Source: Gemmatimonadota bacterium
GTDB taxonomy: Bacteria; Gemmatimonadota; Gemmatimonadetes; Longimicrobiales; Gaopeijiaceae
NCBI GenBank assembly: GCA_034521595.1
Contig: JAXHMG010000003.1
Coordinates: forward strand, 1,088,001-1,152,000
Length of the DNA: 64,000 bases
Direction: 5' to 3'
The notes beneath the pieces are model-generated. The model searched no databases. It was not told where the DNA came from and saw only the letters and a program-made list of their open reading frames with translations. Of the stretch, positions 1 to 7,871 are shown piece after piece; positions within the stretch are counted from its first letter, which is position 1, and every line of letters begins with the position of its first letter. The position numbers and the translations under genes are program-made.

Positions 1-1
1 C

Positions 2-235
2 GGAGTGCTCGTGCCCCCTGGCGACGCGAGCGCGCTCGGGCGTGCTCTGCGGTCGGTCCTGGCCGAGGATGGCGAGATGCTGCGGCGACTGAAGGCGGGC
101 GCGATCCGGGCGGCGGGCACGCTCCCGGACTGGGCGCAAGCCGTGGTCGCGTTCGAAGGAGCGGTCGACACGCTCGCGAGGCTCGACCCGGGGTTCCGTC
201 GTGTCTCCGCCAACTCGGGGTCCAGGACCACGTGA
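2..235 (+). CDS. Glycosyltransferase family 4, C-terminal fragment (5' truncated by window)
   Basis: GVLVPPGDASALGRAL...LPDW matches the typical GT-B/GT4 C-terminus; GTGA overlap with next gene. Confidence 0.75.
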   Translation, partial: GVLVPPGDASALGRALRSVLAEDGEMLRRLKAGAIRAAGTLPDWAQAVVAFEGAVDTLARLDPGFRRVSANSGSRTT

Positions 236-1146
236 GCAGCGAGGATTCGCGGGACGCGGACGACGGGTCGCTACCGGAGGGAAGCGCGTTCGAGGGAAGC
301 TGGCTCGCGCTGCGAGAGGCAGTGGACCATCGCTCTCGCGCTCCTGAGCTGCTCCCGCCGCTCGTCCACACCTGGCGGCAGAGGGGGTGGTCCCGGATCG
401 TGGACCTCGGATCCGGTGCGGGCTCCAACGTCCGTTATCTCGCGCCTCGGCTTCCTTCACCTCAGAGCTGGGTGCTCGTAGACCACGATCCGGACCTTCT
501 CGAGGATGCGGCGCTGCCCCCTGAAGCGAGCGGTGCGGAGCGCGTGCGGGGAGATCTGGCGGACGAGGGCATCCGGGCGTTGCGCGATGTCGATTTCGTG
601 ACCGGCGCGGCGTTGTTGGACCTCGTGTCCGAAGCGTGGCTTCGTCGGGTGGTGCAAGCTTGTGCGGAACGTGAGTGCGGCGCGCTGTTCACCACGATCT
701 ACGACGGCACCATCGCATGGGCGCCCACGTCCGCGCAGGGTCGCGATGCGTCCACCCGTCCCGACGCGAATCGCGACCGCGCGGACGATGCGTTCATTCG
801 CGGCCTGATCAACGCCCACCAGACCCGTGACAAAGGACTGGGGCCCGCTCTCGGGCCTCGCGCGGCCCTGGAGGCCCATGACCTCTTCGAAGCGGCCGGA
901 TACCGTACGTGGCTCGTTCCGAGCCCGTGGCACCTCGGCGTGGAAGACCAGGAACTCGCCATGGCGTTGCTCGACGGATGGGCGGGGGCGGCCCTCGAGG
1001 AGCGTCCTGCGGCCGGCCACCGCACCCGACGCTGGGTGGAGCGAAGTCGCGCGCGCATCCGCGAAGGGCGTTGGGTACTCACCGTCGGGCACCTCGATGT
1101 CCTCGCTCTCCCGGGGTCGGCGTCTCCCACGACGAGCGGGATATGA
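232..1146 (+). CDS. Class I SAM-dependent methyltransferase
   Basis: IVDLGSGAGSN motif I, LVDHD acidic motif II, ALLDLVS motif IV; stop overlaps next start (ATGA). Confidence 0.8.
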   Translation: MSSEDSRDADDGSLPEGSAFEGSWLALREAVDHRSRAPELLPPLVHTWRQRGWSRIVDLGSGAGSNVRYLAPRLPSPQSWVLVDHDPDLLEDAALPPEASGAERVRGDLADEGIRALRDVDFVTGAALLDLVSEAWLRRVVQACAERECGALFTTIYDGTIAWAPTSAQGRDASTRPDANRDRADDAFIRGLINAHQTRDKGLGPALGPRAALEAHDLFEAAGYRTWLVPSPWHLGVEDQELAMALLDGWAGAALEERPAAGHRTRRWVERSRARIREGRWVLTVGHLDVLALPGSASPTTSGI

Positions 1147-2108
1147 CCGGATGGTTGCGGATGCTGGCGGGCCCTGTCTTGCTGGCGGCCCTGGGCTACC
1201 TGGTCGACCTCGAGGCCATCGTCGCCCGCCTACGGACGCTGGAGCCCGGATGGGTCGTCGCAGCCGTCGCCCTGGGAGTCGTGCAGACGGTGGTGTCGGC
1301 CTGGCGCTGGCGATACACGGGAGCTCGTCTGGGAATCGACCTTCCGTTCCGCACGGCGCTCACGGAATACTACCTGGCGATATTCCTCAATCAGGTGCTC
1401 CCCGGCGGTGTGCTCGGTGACGCGAATCGGGCGTGGCGGCATGCGGGACGATCTCGAAGCGGGAACAGCTCGGCCGGCCCCGCCGTCCGGTCCGTGATCC
1501 TGGAGCGAGCCGCCGGCCAGCTCGTCATCTTCCTGCTGGCGTTCCTGTCAGCCGGCATCGTGGCCGCGCGGGTGAATCGACTGGGCCTTTGGGTCGGCAC
1601 GATAGCCGTGGGGCTCGTGGCCTTCGCCGTGGGAGCTCGGATGCTCGAGTGGAGCAGGCGAGCCACGTCCCCCCTGGGGCAGCTCGCCCGTGACGCTCGC
1701 ACGGCCGTGTTCTCTCGTGAAGCGTGGGGGGTTCAGCTCGGCACCTCGGCCCTCATCGTCATCTCCTACGTGTTGACCTACGTCTGCGCCGCGTGGGCGG
1801 TGGGCATCGACACTCCGTTCGCCGTGCTGGCACCGCTGGTCCCTCCCGTCCTGCTGGCGATGCTTCTCCCCCTGTCGGTCGCGGGGTGGGGCGTGCGCGA
1901 GGCGGCCGCCGCGAGTCTGTGGGGCGTCGTGGGGCTGAGCGTGGCGGACGGTGTGGCCATCTCGGTGGTGTATGGCCTCCTCGTCCTCGTCGGGACGGCC
2001 CCGGGAGCCGCGGTGCTCGCGCTGGGCGGGCGTTACGCCGCGCCGCGCGAGCCCGACACGCGCCGGAGATCCAGGTCGAAGAGCACGTCGTCGCCGAGCG
2101 TGAAGTGA
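1143..2108 (+). CDS. Lysylphosphatidylglycerol synthase TM-domain (UPF0104) flippase-like membrane protein
   Basis: AWRWR, FLNQVLPGGVLGD, ILER and LPLSVAGWGVRE family motifs; multiple TM helices; ATG 1143 in ATGA overlap. Confidence 0.8.
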   Translation: MTGWLRMLAGPVLLAALGYLVDLEAIVARLRTLEPGWVVAAVALGVVQTVVSAWRWRYTGARLGIDLPFRTALTEYYLAIFLNQVLPGGVLGDANRAWRHAGRSRSGNSSAGPAVRSVILERAAGQLVIFLLAFLSAGIVAARVNRLGLWVGTIAVGLVAFAVGARMLEWSRRATSPLGQLARDARTAVFSREAWGVQLGTSALIVISYVLTYVCAAWAVGIDTPFAVLAPLVPPVLLAMLLPLSVAGWGVREAAAASLWGVVGLSVADGVAISVVYGLLVLVGTAPGAAVLALGGRYAAPREPDTRRRSRSKSTSSPSVK

Positions 2109-2908
2109 CGGCAGGCCGGACGGAGCGCGTCGGCCAGGGTGGCGACGGGCGCCAACGAGAGGCTCGGCCGACCCGACCCGATCACCATCGGGGCCACGGT
2201 CACGTGTAGCCGGTCGAGCGCTCGGGCGGCGAGGAAGTGGGAAACCGTGACGCCGCCCCCTTCCACTAGCACGCGCCGGCACCCGCGTGCCTCGAGCATC
2301 TCGAGGAGCCAGGAAGGAGCGATGACGCCCGGGTCCGGCTCTCGGGGAGCCATGATCTCGACGTGATCCGGCGTGGGACTTTCAGGCACGCCGTGTCGGA
2401 CCCACAGGGTCGGAGCCGCTCCGTCGCGGAACAGGTGTCCGCTCGGCTCGACGCGGCCGGCCGGGTCGAGCACGACGCGCAGTGGGTTCTCGCCGGGCGC
2501 CCGACGGGTCGTCAACCTCGGATCGTCGGACACGGCCGTGCCCGCGCCCACCACGACGGCATCCACGAGCGCTCGGAGGCGATGCAGCCTCTCGATATCC
2601 CCCGGCCCCGTGACATAGTGCGAATCCCCGGACTCGGTGGCGATCCGACCGTCGAGGCTCTGGCCGACCTGACCGACCACGATCCCCGGAGCCGCCGCGA
2701 TGGGGGCGAACAGGTCCAAGAGGTGGGTCGCCTCGGGGTCGGATGGCGCGGACGTCGTCCATGCTCCGGTGGGCTCCACCGTCAACGACGCGCCGTCGAC
2801 GGTCACTGTAGTGGCCTGACCGGAGCTTTCGGCGGAGACGGATGCGACCGCGTTCGCCGCGGCGCGCAAGAGGTCCCAAGCGCCCGTGGCGGTGATCCGC
2901 ACGCTCAT
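2033..2908 (-). CDS. RibD-family pyrimidine reductase (reductase domain only, no deaminase)
   Basis: QSLDGRIA, HRLRALVDAVVVGAGT, DDPRLTTR, LVEGGG, VAPMVIGSG; no HAE/PCxxC deaminase motifs. Confidence 0.85.
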   Translation of the reverse strand: MSVRITATGAWDLLRAAANAVASVSAESSGQATTVTVDGASLTVEPTGAWTTSAPSDPEATHLLDLFAPIAAAPGIVVGQVGQSLDGRIATESGDSHYVTGPGDIERLHRLRALVDAVVVGAGTAVSDDPRLTTRRAPGENPLRVVLDPAGRVEPSGHLFRDGAAPTLWVRHGVPESPTPDHVEIMAPREPDPGVIAPSWLLEMLEARGCRRVLVEGGGVTVSHFLAARALDRLHVTVAPMVIGSGRPSLSLAPVATLADALRPACRHFTLGDDVLFDLDLRRVSGSRGAA

Positions 2909-3723
2909 GGAGCGTCCTCCAAGCGATCCACCGGGAACGCCCAGGTTTCCCGGACGATCGTCGCGAGGACCGCGGCATAGTGCTCGACCAGCTCGGCACC
3001 GATCGCCTCCGTCGCCAGGCGGGCGTCACCCGTCACCCCGTGCGGGTTCAGGTCTCCCGCCAGCCACGAGAAGGGAGCCACGCCCTCCGGGCTCACCCAC
3101 CGCAAGGTGCTCGCCAACTCCTCTCCGAGCGTGGAGAACCGGGCGATGTGCTCGGCCCGGACGAGGTCGGGACGGAGGTGCAGGAGCATGGAGGTCTCGA
3201 CGGCCCCGCCGTGTAGCCCGTGCACCCATTCCTCGTCGGGAAGCTCCGTCGAGGTCGGACGGGGGAAGCGGAACGAATGGGCCTTCACCACCAGGAGGCC
3301 GTGCTCCGTCCGAAGGCGCAGACCCACGTCGTCGACGACGTGGGCGTTCCCGCCGTGCGTGTTGAAGAGAACCAGCCTGCGGAATCCCTGGCGGGCCAGT
3401 GCCGCTCCTTGCTGTAGGAGGATCTCCGCGAGCGTGTCCGCGGCGAGGGACAGGGTGCCGGCGAACCGGTCGTGCTCGAGGCTGGCGCCGCTCGAGAGCT
3501 CGGGCAGCAGCACGACCGGTACGTCGTCGGGAACGGCTTCGAGCGCTCGGCTGGCGAGTCCACGGGCGATGACGAGGTCGGTGGAGACCGGTAGGTGCGG
3601 CCCGTGCTGCTCGATCGCTCCAAGCGGGAGCACCGCGACCGGGTCCCGTGCCGCCAGAGCGGACAGCTCCGGGGCGCTCTGCTCTTCCCACCGCCACGTG
3701 GAGGGGGTCGGCTCGTCGGGCAT
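2905..3723 (-). CDS. Creatininase-family amidohydrolase (ArfB/FAPy deformylase-like)
   Basis: PLGAIEQHGPHLPVSTD, SLEH, NTHGGN, HGGAVETS, GVTGD motifs. Confidence 0.9.
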   Translation of the reverse strand: MPDEPTPSTWRWEEQSAPELSALAARDPVAVLPLGAIEQHGPHLPVSTDLVIARGLASRALEAVPDDVPVVLLPELSSGASLEHDRFAGTLSLAADTLAEILLQQGAALARQGFRRLVLFNTHGGNAHVVDDVGLRLRTEHGLLVVKAHSFRFPRPTSTELPDEEWVHGLHGGAVETSMLLHLRPDLVRAEHIARFSTLGEELASTLRWVSPEGVAPFSWLAGDLNPHGVTGDARLATEAIGAELVEHYAAVLATIVRETWAFPVDRLEDAP

Positions 3724-4496
3724 CAGCGCTCCTCTGAAGGGAAGGGGGCTTCGTGCGTCCCTGTATCGATTTTTGCGTAGACGTCTCCGAAGGCTAGGCC
3801 GTCCGCTCCGGCGTCGAGCCAGGCGCGCAGCTCCACCGCTCCCAGCCAGGGTCGAAAGCGGAACCGTCGCTCCTCACGGGCGACCGCGTTGAACCGGTAC
3901 GGTCCCAGCGCGTCCAGGTGATCCACACAGGCACGGGCGATGTCCAGCCCCCCCTGAACGAACTCGAAGGAAATCCCGGCGATCGGGTGGGTGAGTCCGG
4001 CCAACGCCTCCGCTTCGTGCCCTTCGATGTCCAGCTTGCAAAAGGTCGGAAGGCCGAAGCGGGCCACTAGGGCGTCGAGAGTGGTCAGGGGGACCGCCAC
4101 TTCGTCCTCCCACCGCACGCCGTCGAAACCCAGGTTGCGCTCCATCATCCTCCTCCGCCAGCCGGATGAGAGCGTGGAGACCGTCGGCGTGCGTCGGCTC
4201 ACGGCCAGCGAAGCGGTCCCCACCTCCGCACCTACCGCTTCTTCGAGCACGACGACTCCCTTCTTTCGGCCGGCGATGCGGCGGAGCCACCGTGCGACAC
4301 CGGGTTGCGGCTCGAGAGCGACCACCCGCGCGCCGAGGGAGGCGAAGGCCACCGTCCGATCCCCCAAGTGCGCGCCGACGTCGAAAACCAGGCTTCCGGG
4401 CTCCACGAACGGCGCGTAGAGGGAGCGCAGGCCCCGTTGGCGTCCGGGCCGCCAGTAGACCGCGAACGAGCGCAGCAGCCCGAGGAGCTCATCCAC
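3723..4496 (-). CDS. FkbM-family methyltransferase
   Basis: FDVGAHLG, VALEP, TTLDALV, KLDIEGHE motifs; start GTG 4496 estimated (overlaps upstream stop). Confidence 0.85.
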   Translation of the reverse strand: MDELLGLLRSFAVYWRPGRQRGLRSLYAPFVEPGSLVFDVGAHLGDRTVAFASLGARVVALEPQPGVARWLRRIAGRKKGVVVLEEAVGAEVGTASLAVSRRTPTVSTLSSGWRRRMMERNLGFDGVRWEDEVAVPLTTLDALVARFGLPTFCKLDIEGHEAEALAGLTHPIAGISFEFVQGGLDIARACVDHLDALGPYRFNAVAREERRFRFRPWLGAVELRAWLDAGADGLAFGDVYAKIDTGTHEAPFPSEER

Positions 4497-6195
4497 CGGT
4501 GCCCGCCGCACGGCTCGACCGCTCCTCGCTGAATGCCCGGATGAACCAGGTGCGGAACCGGTCCATCCCTTTCGGCTCTCCGTCCACATCCGGGAACGGT
4601 CCGGTCTCGAAGCCCCACTGCAGGAAAGGATCGAGAAGCTCTCGCGCACCGGTGATCACGTGGACGGGAACGGTTCTCGGCGCGTCCTCTCCGGTGATGA
4701 GCGGGGCGGGTTGATGGTCTCCGAGAAGGATCAGCAGCGCGTCCGAGCCGATGAAGCGCTCCGCGTAGCTGGCCGCCGTATGGACGGCATAGTCGATGGA
4801 CAACGCATAGTGCTCACGAACCCGTTCGGTGTCGCGCCAGAGCTCTTCAGGACGCTCTCCGGCCTCCCGCCACTCCTCGAACACGGACCCGTCACCGATC
4901 TCGTTCCAGGCCTCGAGAACCGGTAGGATGGGAGTCCACGGCGCGTGGCTGCTGATCAGACCGATCTCCGCGAAGAGCGGCCGTTCTTCAGGGGTCGCGC
5001 GGCGGACGGAGCGCTCGACGAAGGACCAAGTGTACTGATCCGGCATCGTCACCCAGTTCAGTGGCGGGCCTCGGTAGCCCATATCCTCGAAGGTGTAGAT
5101 GGCGTCGTATCCGAACTGGAACCCTTCGGGCCAGGCGAGGGTGATCGCGGGCATGACCGCGGCCGTCCTGTATCCGGCGGCTTCGAAGTCATCGATGAGG
5201 GTCGGGCGTGTGCTGGCCAGGAGGAGATCGTACCGCATCTGATTGTGGAGCCAGAGGCCGCTGAGCATCGAACCATGCCCCAACCAGGACTGTCCGCCCT
5301 GGCTCGGTGCGACCAGTCGTCCGGTCGCGAGGTGGAGGCCCGCGGCCTCGAGGCGCGATCCCATCTCCTTCAAACGGGGGCGGATCGTCGGAGCGTAGCG
5401 CGGATCTTCCAGCGCGGTCATGCCGTACGACTCGACGAACGCGAGAAGCACGTCCCGTCCCCCCAGCCGTCCGAGGAGTCCGGGCGTGCCGGAGAGATCG
5501 GCGGGACGTGCCGCGAGCTCGGCCGCGAACGCGTCGCGCTCTTCCAGGAGGCCTGCGGCGAAGCGTGCCTGCTCGGCGGCGAGACGGGCCCCCGGGAAGC
5601 CGAGAGCCCGGCTCCACCCCTCGTCCGCCCGCATGCCGACGAGGATGCCGGACGCCACGAGGACCGTGAGGCCCATGCTCCGGTAGGACCTCAGGACGGG
5701 ACGCACCCGGCGCGGGGGCGCCAGAAGGTGTCCGAGGAGGGCCACGACCGCCAATGGCAGGAGGATCGCGGCCGTGCGAACGACCGTGGCCATCGCCGGG
5801 CCCATGGTGCCCGTCAGTAGGTCGGACACGGCGCTGAGCAGGCGGATATCCAAGTAGATGTTGAGCGGGCGCGAAAGGCTCATGCGGGCGGACGCATCTC
5901 CGAGTCCGACCAATCCCATGGCCACGACGATCAAAGCCGCGAGGAGCGCCAGGGCCACGGACCACGGCCGCCGCGGCAGGGCCGCGAAGACGAGCGTGAG
6001 AACGACGGCTTCCCCGGCCACCCAGTGGAAGGGGACCATCCCCGGAGCGGCCCATTGGGGCGCCAGGAGGATCCCATTGACAAGGACGAAGGCCAGGATG
6101 AGGCTCAACCACCTTCCGGGGGCCGTTGAGGGCCACGACGCGAGCGCCTTTGCGACCGAGCGCATCCCGGTGTCGGTTGCCGGATCGGATGTCAT
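4489..6195 (-). CDS. Membrane-anchored sulfatase/alkaline-phosphatase-superfamily protein (OpgB/LtaS/EptA-like architecture)
   Basis: About 5 N-terminal TM helices, then FVESYG, GGQSWLGH (candidate Ser nucleophile), SSHAPW and GDHQP metal-binding motifs. Confidence 0.75.
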   Translation of the reverse strand: MTSDPATDTGMRSVAKALASWPSTAPGRWLSLILAFVLVNGILLAPQWAAPGMVPFHWVAGEAVVLTLVFAALPRRPWSVALALLAALIVVAMGLVGLGDASARMSLSRPLNIYLDIRLLSAVSDLLTGTMGPAMATVVRTAAILLPLAVVALLGHLLAPPRRVRPVLRSYRSMGLTVLVASGILVGMRADEGWSRALGFPGARLAAEQARFAAGLLEERDAFAAELAARPADLSGTPGLLGRLGGRDVLLAFVESYGMTALEDPRYAPTIRPRLKEMGSRLEAAGLHLATGRLVAPSQGGQSWLGHGSMLSGLWLHNQMRYDLLLASTRPTLIDDFEAAGYRTAAVMPAITLAWPEGFQFGYDAIYTFEDMGYRGPPLNWVTMPDQYTWSFVERSVRRATPEERPLFAEIGLISSHAPWTPILPVLEAWNEIGDGSVFEEWREAGERPEELWRDTERVREHYALSIDYAVHTAASYAERFIGSDALLILLGDHQPAPLITGEDAPRTVPVHVITGARELLDPFLQWGFETGPFPDVDGEPKGMDRFRTWFIRAFSEERSSRAAGTGG

Positions 6196-6231
6196 GTTCG
6201 GATGTGCCGGTCCACGGAGCTGAAGGGAATC

Positions 6232-7869
6232 ATGTCATTTCGCCTGCTTGCCGCTTTCCTCGCGCTCGTGCTGCTCGTCTGGTGGTTCACGACCGGTCCC
6301 ACTCTACCGTCACTGGTACCCGGAACCAACCCGGGCGAGCACACGCCCCCACCGGACACCGCGAGCCCGGCCGAGACGGTCTGGCAACCGCGCCCCGAAA
6401 CGTTGACCGAGGATCTGGCGCGCCACGCCCGTGCCCTCTCCGAAAGGGCGTACGTGGCACCGTCCTGGAACGTTCCGGACAGGCTCGCGGAGTTGGACTT
6501 CGACGGGTACCGCTCCATCCGCTTCCGGCCCGCCGCTTCCGTCTGGCGTGACGAAGGCATGTTCGAAGTTCAACTCTTCCACCTCGGCGGTGCCTACGAC
6601 ACACCCGTGTCCATCCACTTCGTCGAAGGTGACTCCATACGGGAGCAACGCTACGATCCCGCGCTCTTCTCGTTCGAGGGAGCCGCGTCGGAGGTCGGTG
6701 ACCTGCCGAGCGGCTCGGTCCCGGCGTTCGCCGGGTTCCGCGTTCACTACCCGCTCAACGCGCCCGAACGGAGCGACGAGGTCGCGGCGTTCCTCGGCGC
6801 CTCGTACTTCCGGATCCTCGGCGCGGGACACCAATACGGGCTCTCCGCGCGCGGCCTGGCCATCGATCCCGCCACGGACGGGCCCGAGGAGTTCCCGGAT
6901 TTCAAGGCGTTCTGGATCACGCGGCCCGAGGACGGATCCCGAACCTTGACGGTCCACGCTCTCCTCGACGGGCCGTCGGTCGTGGGGGCCTATCGGTTCG
7001 AGCTTCGGCCCGGTGCCTCGACGGAGCTCATGGTCGACGCTCACCTGTTCGGGAGGCGCGACGTCTCCAAGCTCGGCGTGGCTCCCTTGAGTAGCATGTT
7101 CCTGCACGCGCCCGGGCACGGTCCCCGGCACGACGACTTCCGCCCCCGTGTGCACGATTCCGACGGCCTGCAGATGCTCACGGGCCGCGGGGAGTGGATC
7201 TGGAGGCCACTTTCGAACGGGCCCGGTTTCCACGTGACGTCCCTCCGGGACGAAGATCCGTCGGGGTTCGGCCTGTTCCAGCGCGCGCGGGACTTCGAGG
7301 ACTACTTGGATCTGGAAGCCCGGTACGACCGCCGTCCGAGCTACTGGGTGGAAGTGATCGATGGGGACTGGGGCACCGGAGGGGTGGAGCTCATGGAGAT
7401 CCCCACGCCCTCCGAGTTCAACGACAACATCGCTGCCTACTGGGTGCCGGACCGACCGCTCGCCGCGGGCGAGGAGCGTAGGTACGCGTATCGGTTGAGC
7501 ACCCATGACGCTCGTCCGCCGGAGCTCGATCTCGCGCACGTGGAGCGCACGGCGGTGGGACGGGACGCCCTGCCGGGGGAAGGCGAGCCTTCCCCTCCGG
7601 GCCACCGGCGTTTCGTGGTGGATTTCGTGGGCGGTGTCCTCACGGACCTCGGGGAGGAGGACGATGTACGACCGGATCTCTCGCTGCTCAGGGGGAGCGC
7701 GGAGGGGGTCACGGTACAGCCCTTGCCGGGTAACACGGGGCGGCGGGTGACCTTCACCTTGATCCCCGACGGCGACGAGCCGGCGGACATGCGTCTGCGT
7801 CTGCTCCTCGATGACCGCTCGGTGAGCGAGACTTGGAGCTATGTTTGGTATCCTCGAGACATGAACTGA
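6232..7869 (+). CDS. opgG: Periplasmic glucan biosynthesis protein OpgG/OpgD (MdoG family)
   Basis: YRSIRFRP, FAGFRVHYPLN, FLGASYFR, YGLSARGLAID, EEFPDF, RPRVHDSDGL, NDNIAAYW, SETWSY; N-terminal hydrophobic signal/anchor. G versus D paralog not resolved. Confidence 0.92.
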   Translation: MSFRLLAAFLALVLLVWWFTTGPTLPSLVPGTNPGEHTPPPDTASPAETVWQPRPETLTEDLARHARALSERAYVAPSWNVPDRLAELDFDGYRSIRFRPAASVWRDEGMFEVQLFHLGGAYDTPVSIHFVEGDSIREQRYDPALFSFEGAASEVGDLPSGSVPAFAGFRVHYPLNAPERSDEVAAFLGASYFRILGAGHQYGLSARGLAIDPATDGPEEFPDFKAFWITRPEDGSRTLTVHALLDGPSVVGAYRFELRPGASTELMVDAHLFGRRDVSKLGVAPLSSMFLHAPGHGPRHDDFRPRVHDSDGLQMLTGRGEWIWRPLSNGPGFHVTSLRDEDPSGFGLFQRARDFEDYLDLEARYDRRPSYWVEVIDGDWGTGGVELMEIPTPSEFNDNIAAYWVPDRPLAAGEERRYAYRLSTHDARPPELDLAHVERTAVGRDALPGEGEPSPPGHRRFVVDFVGGVLTDLGEEDDVRPDLSLLRGSAEGVTVQPLPGNTGRRVTFTLIPDGDEPADMRLRLLLDDRSVSETWSYVWYPRDMN

Positions 7870-7871
7870 GC

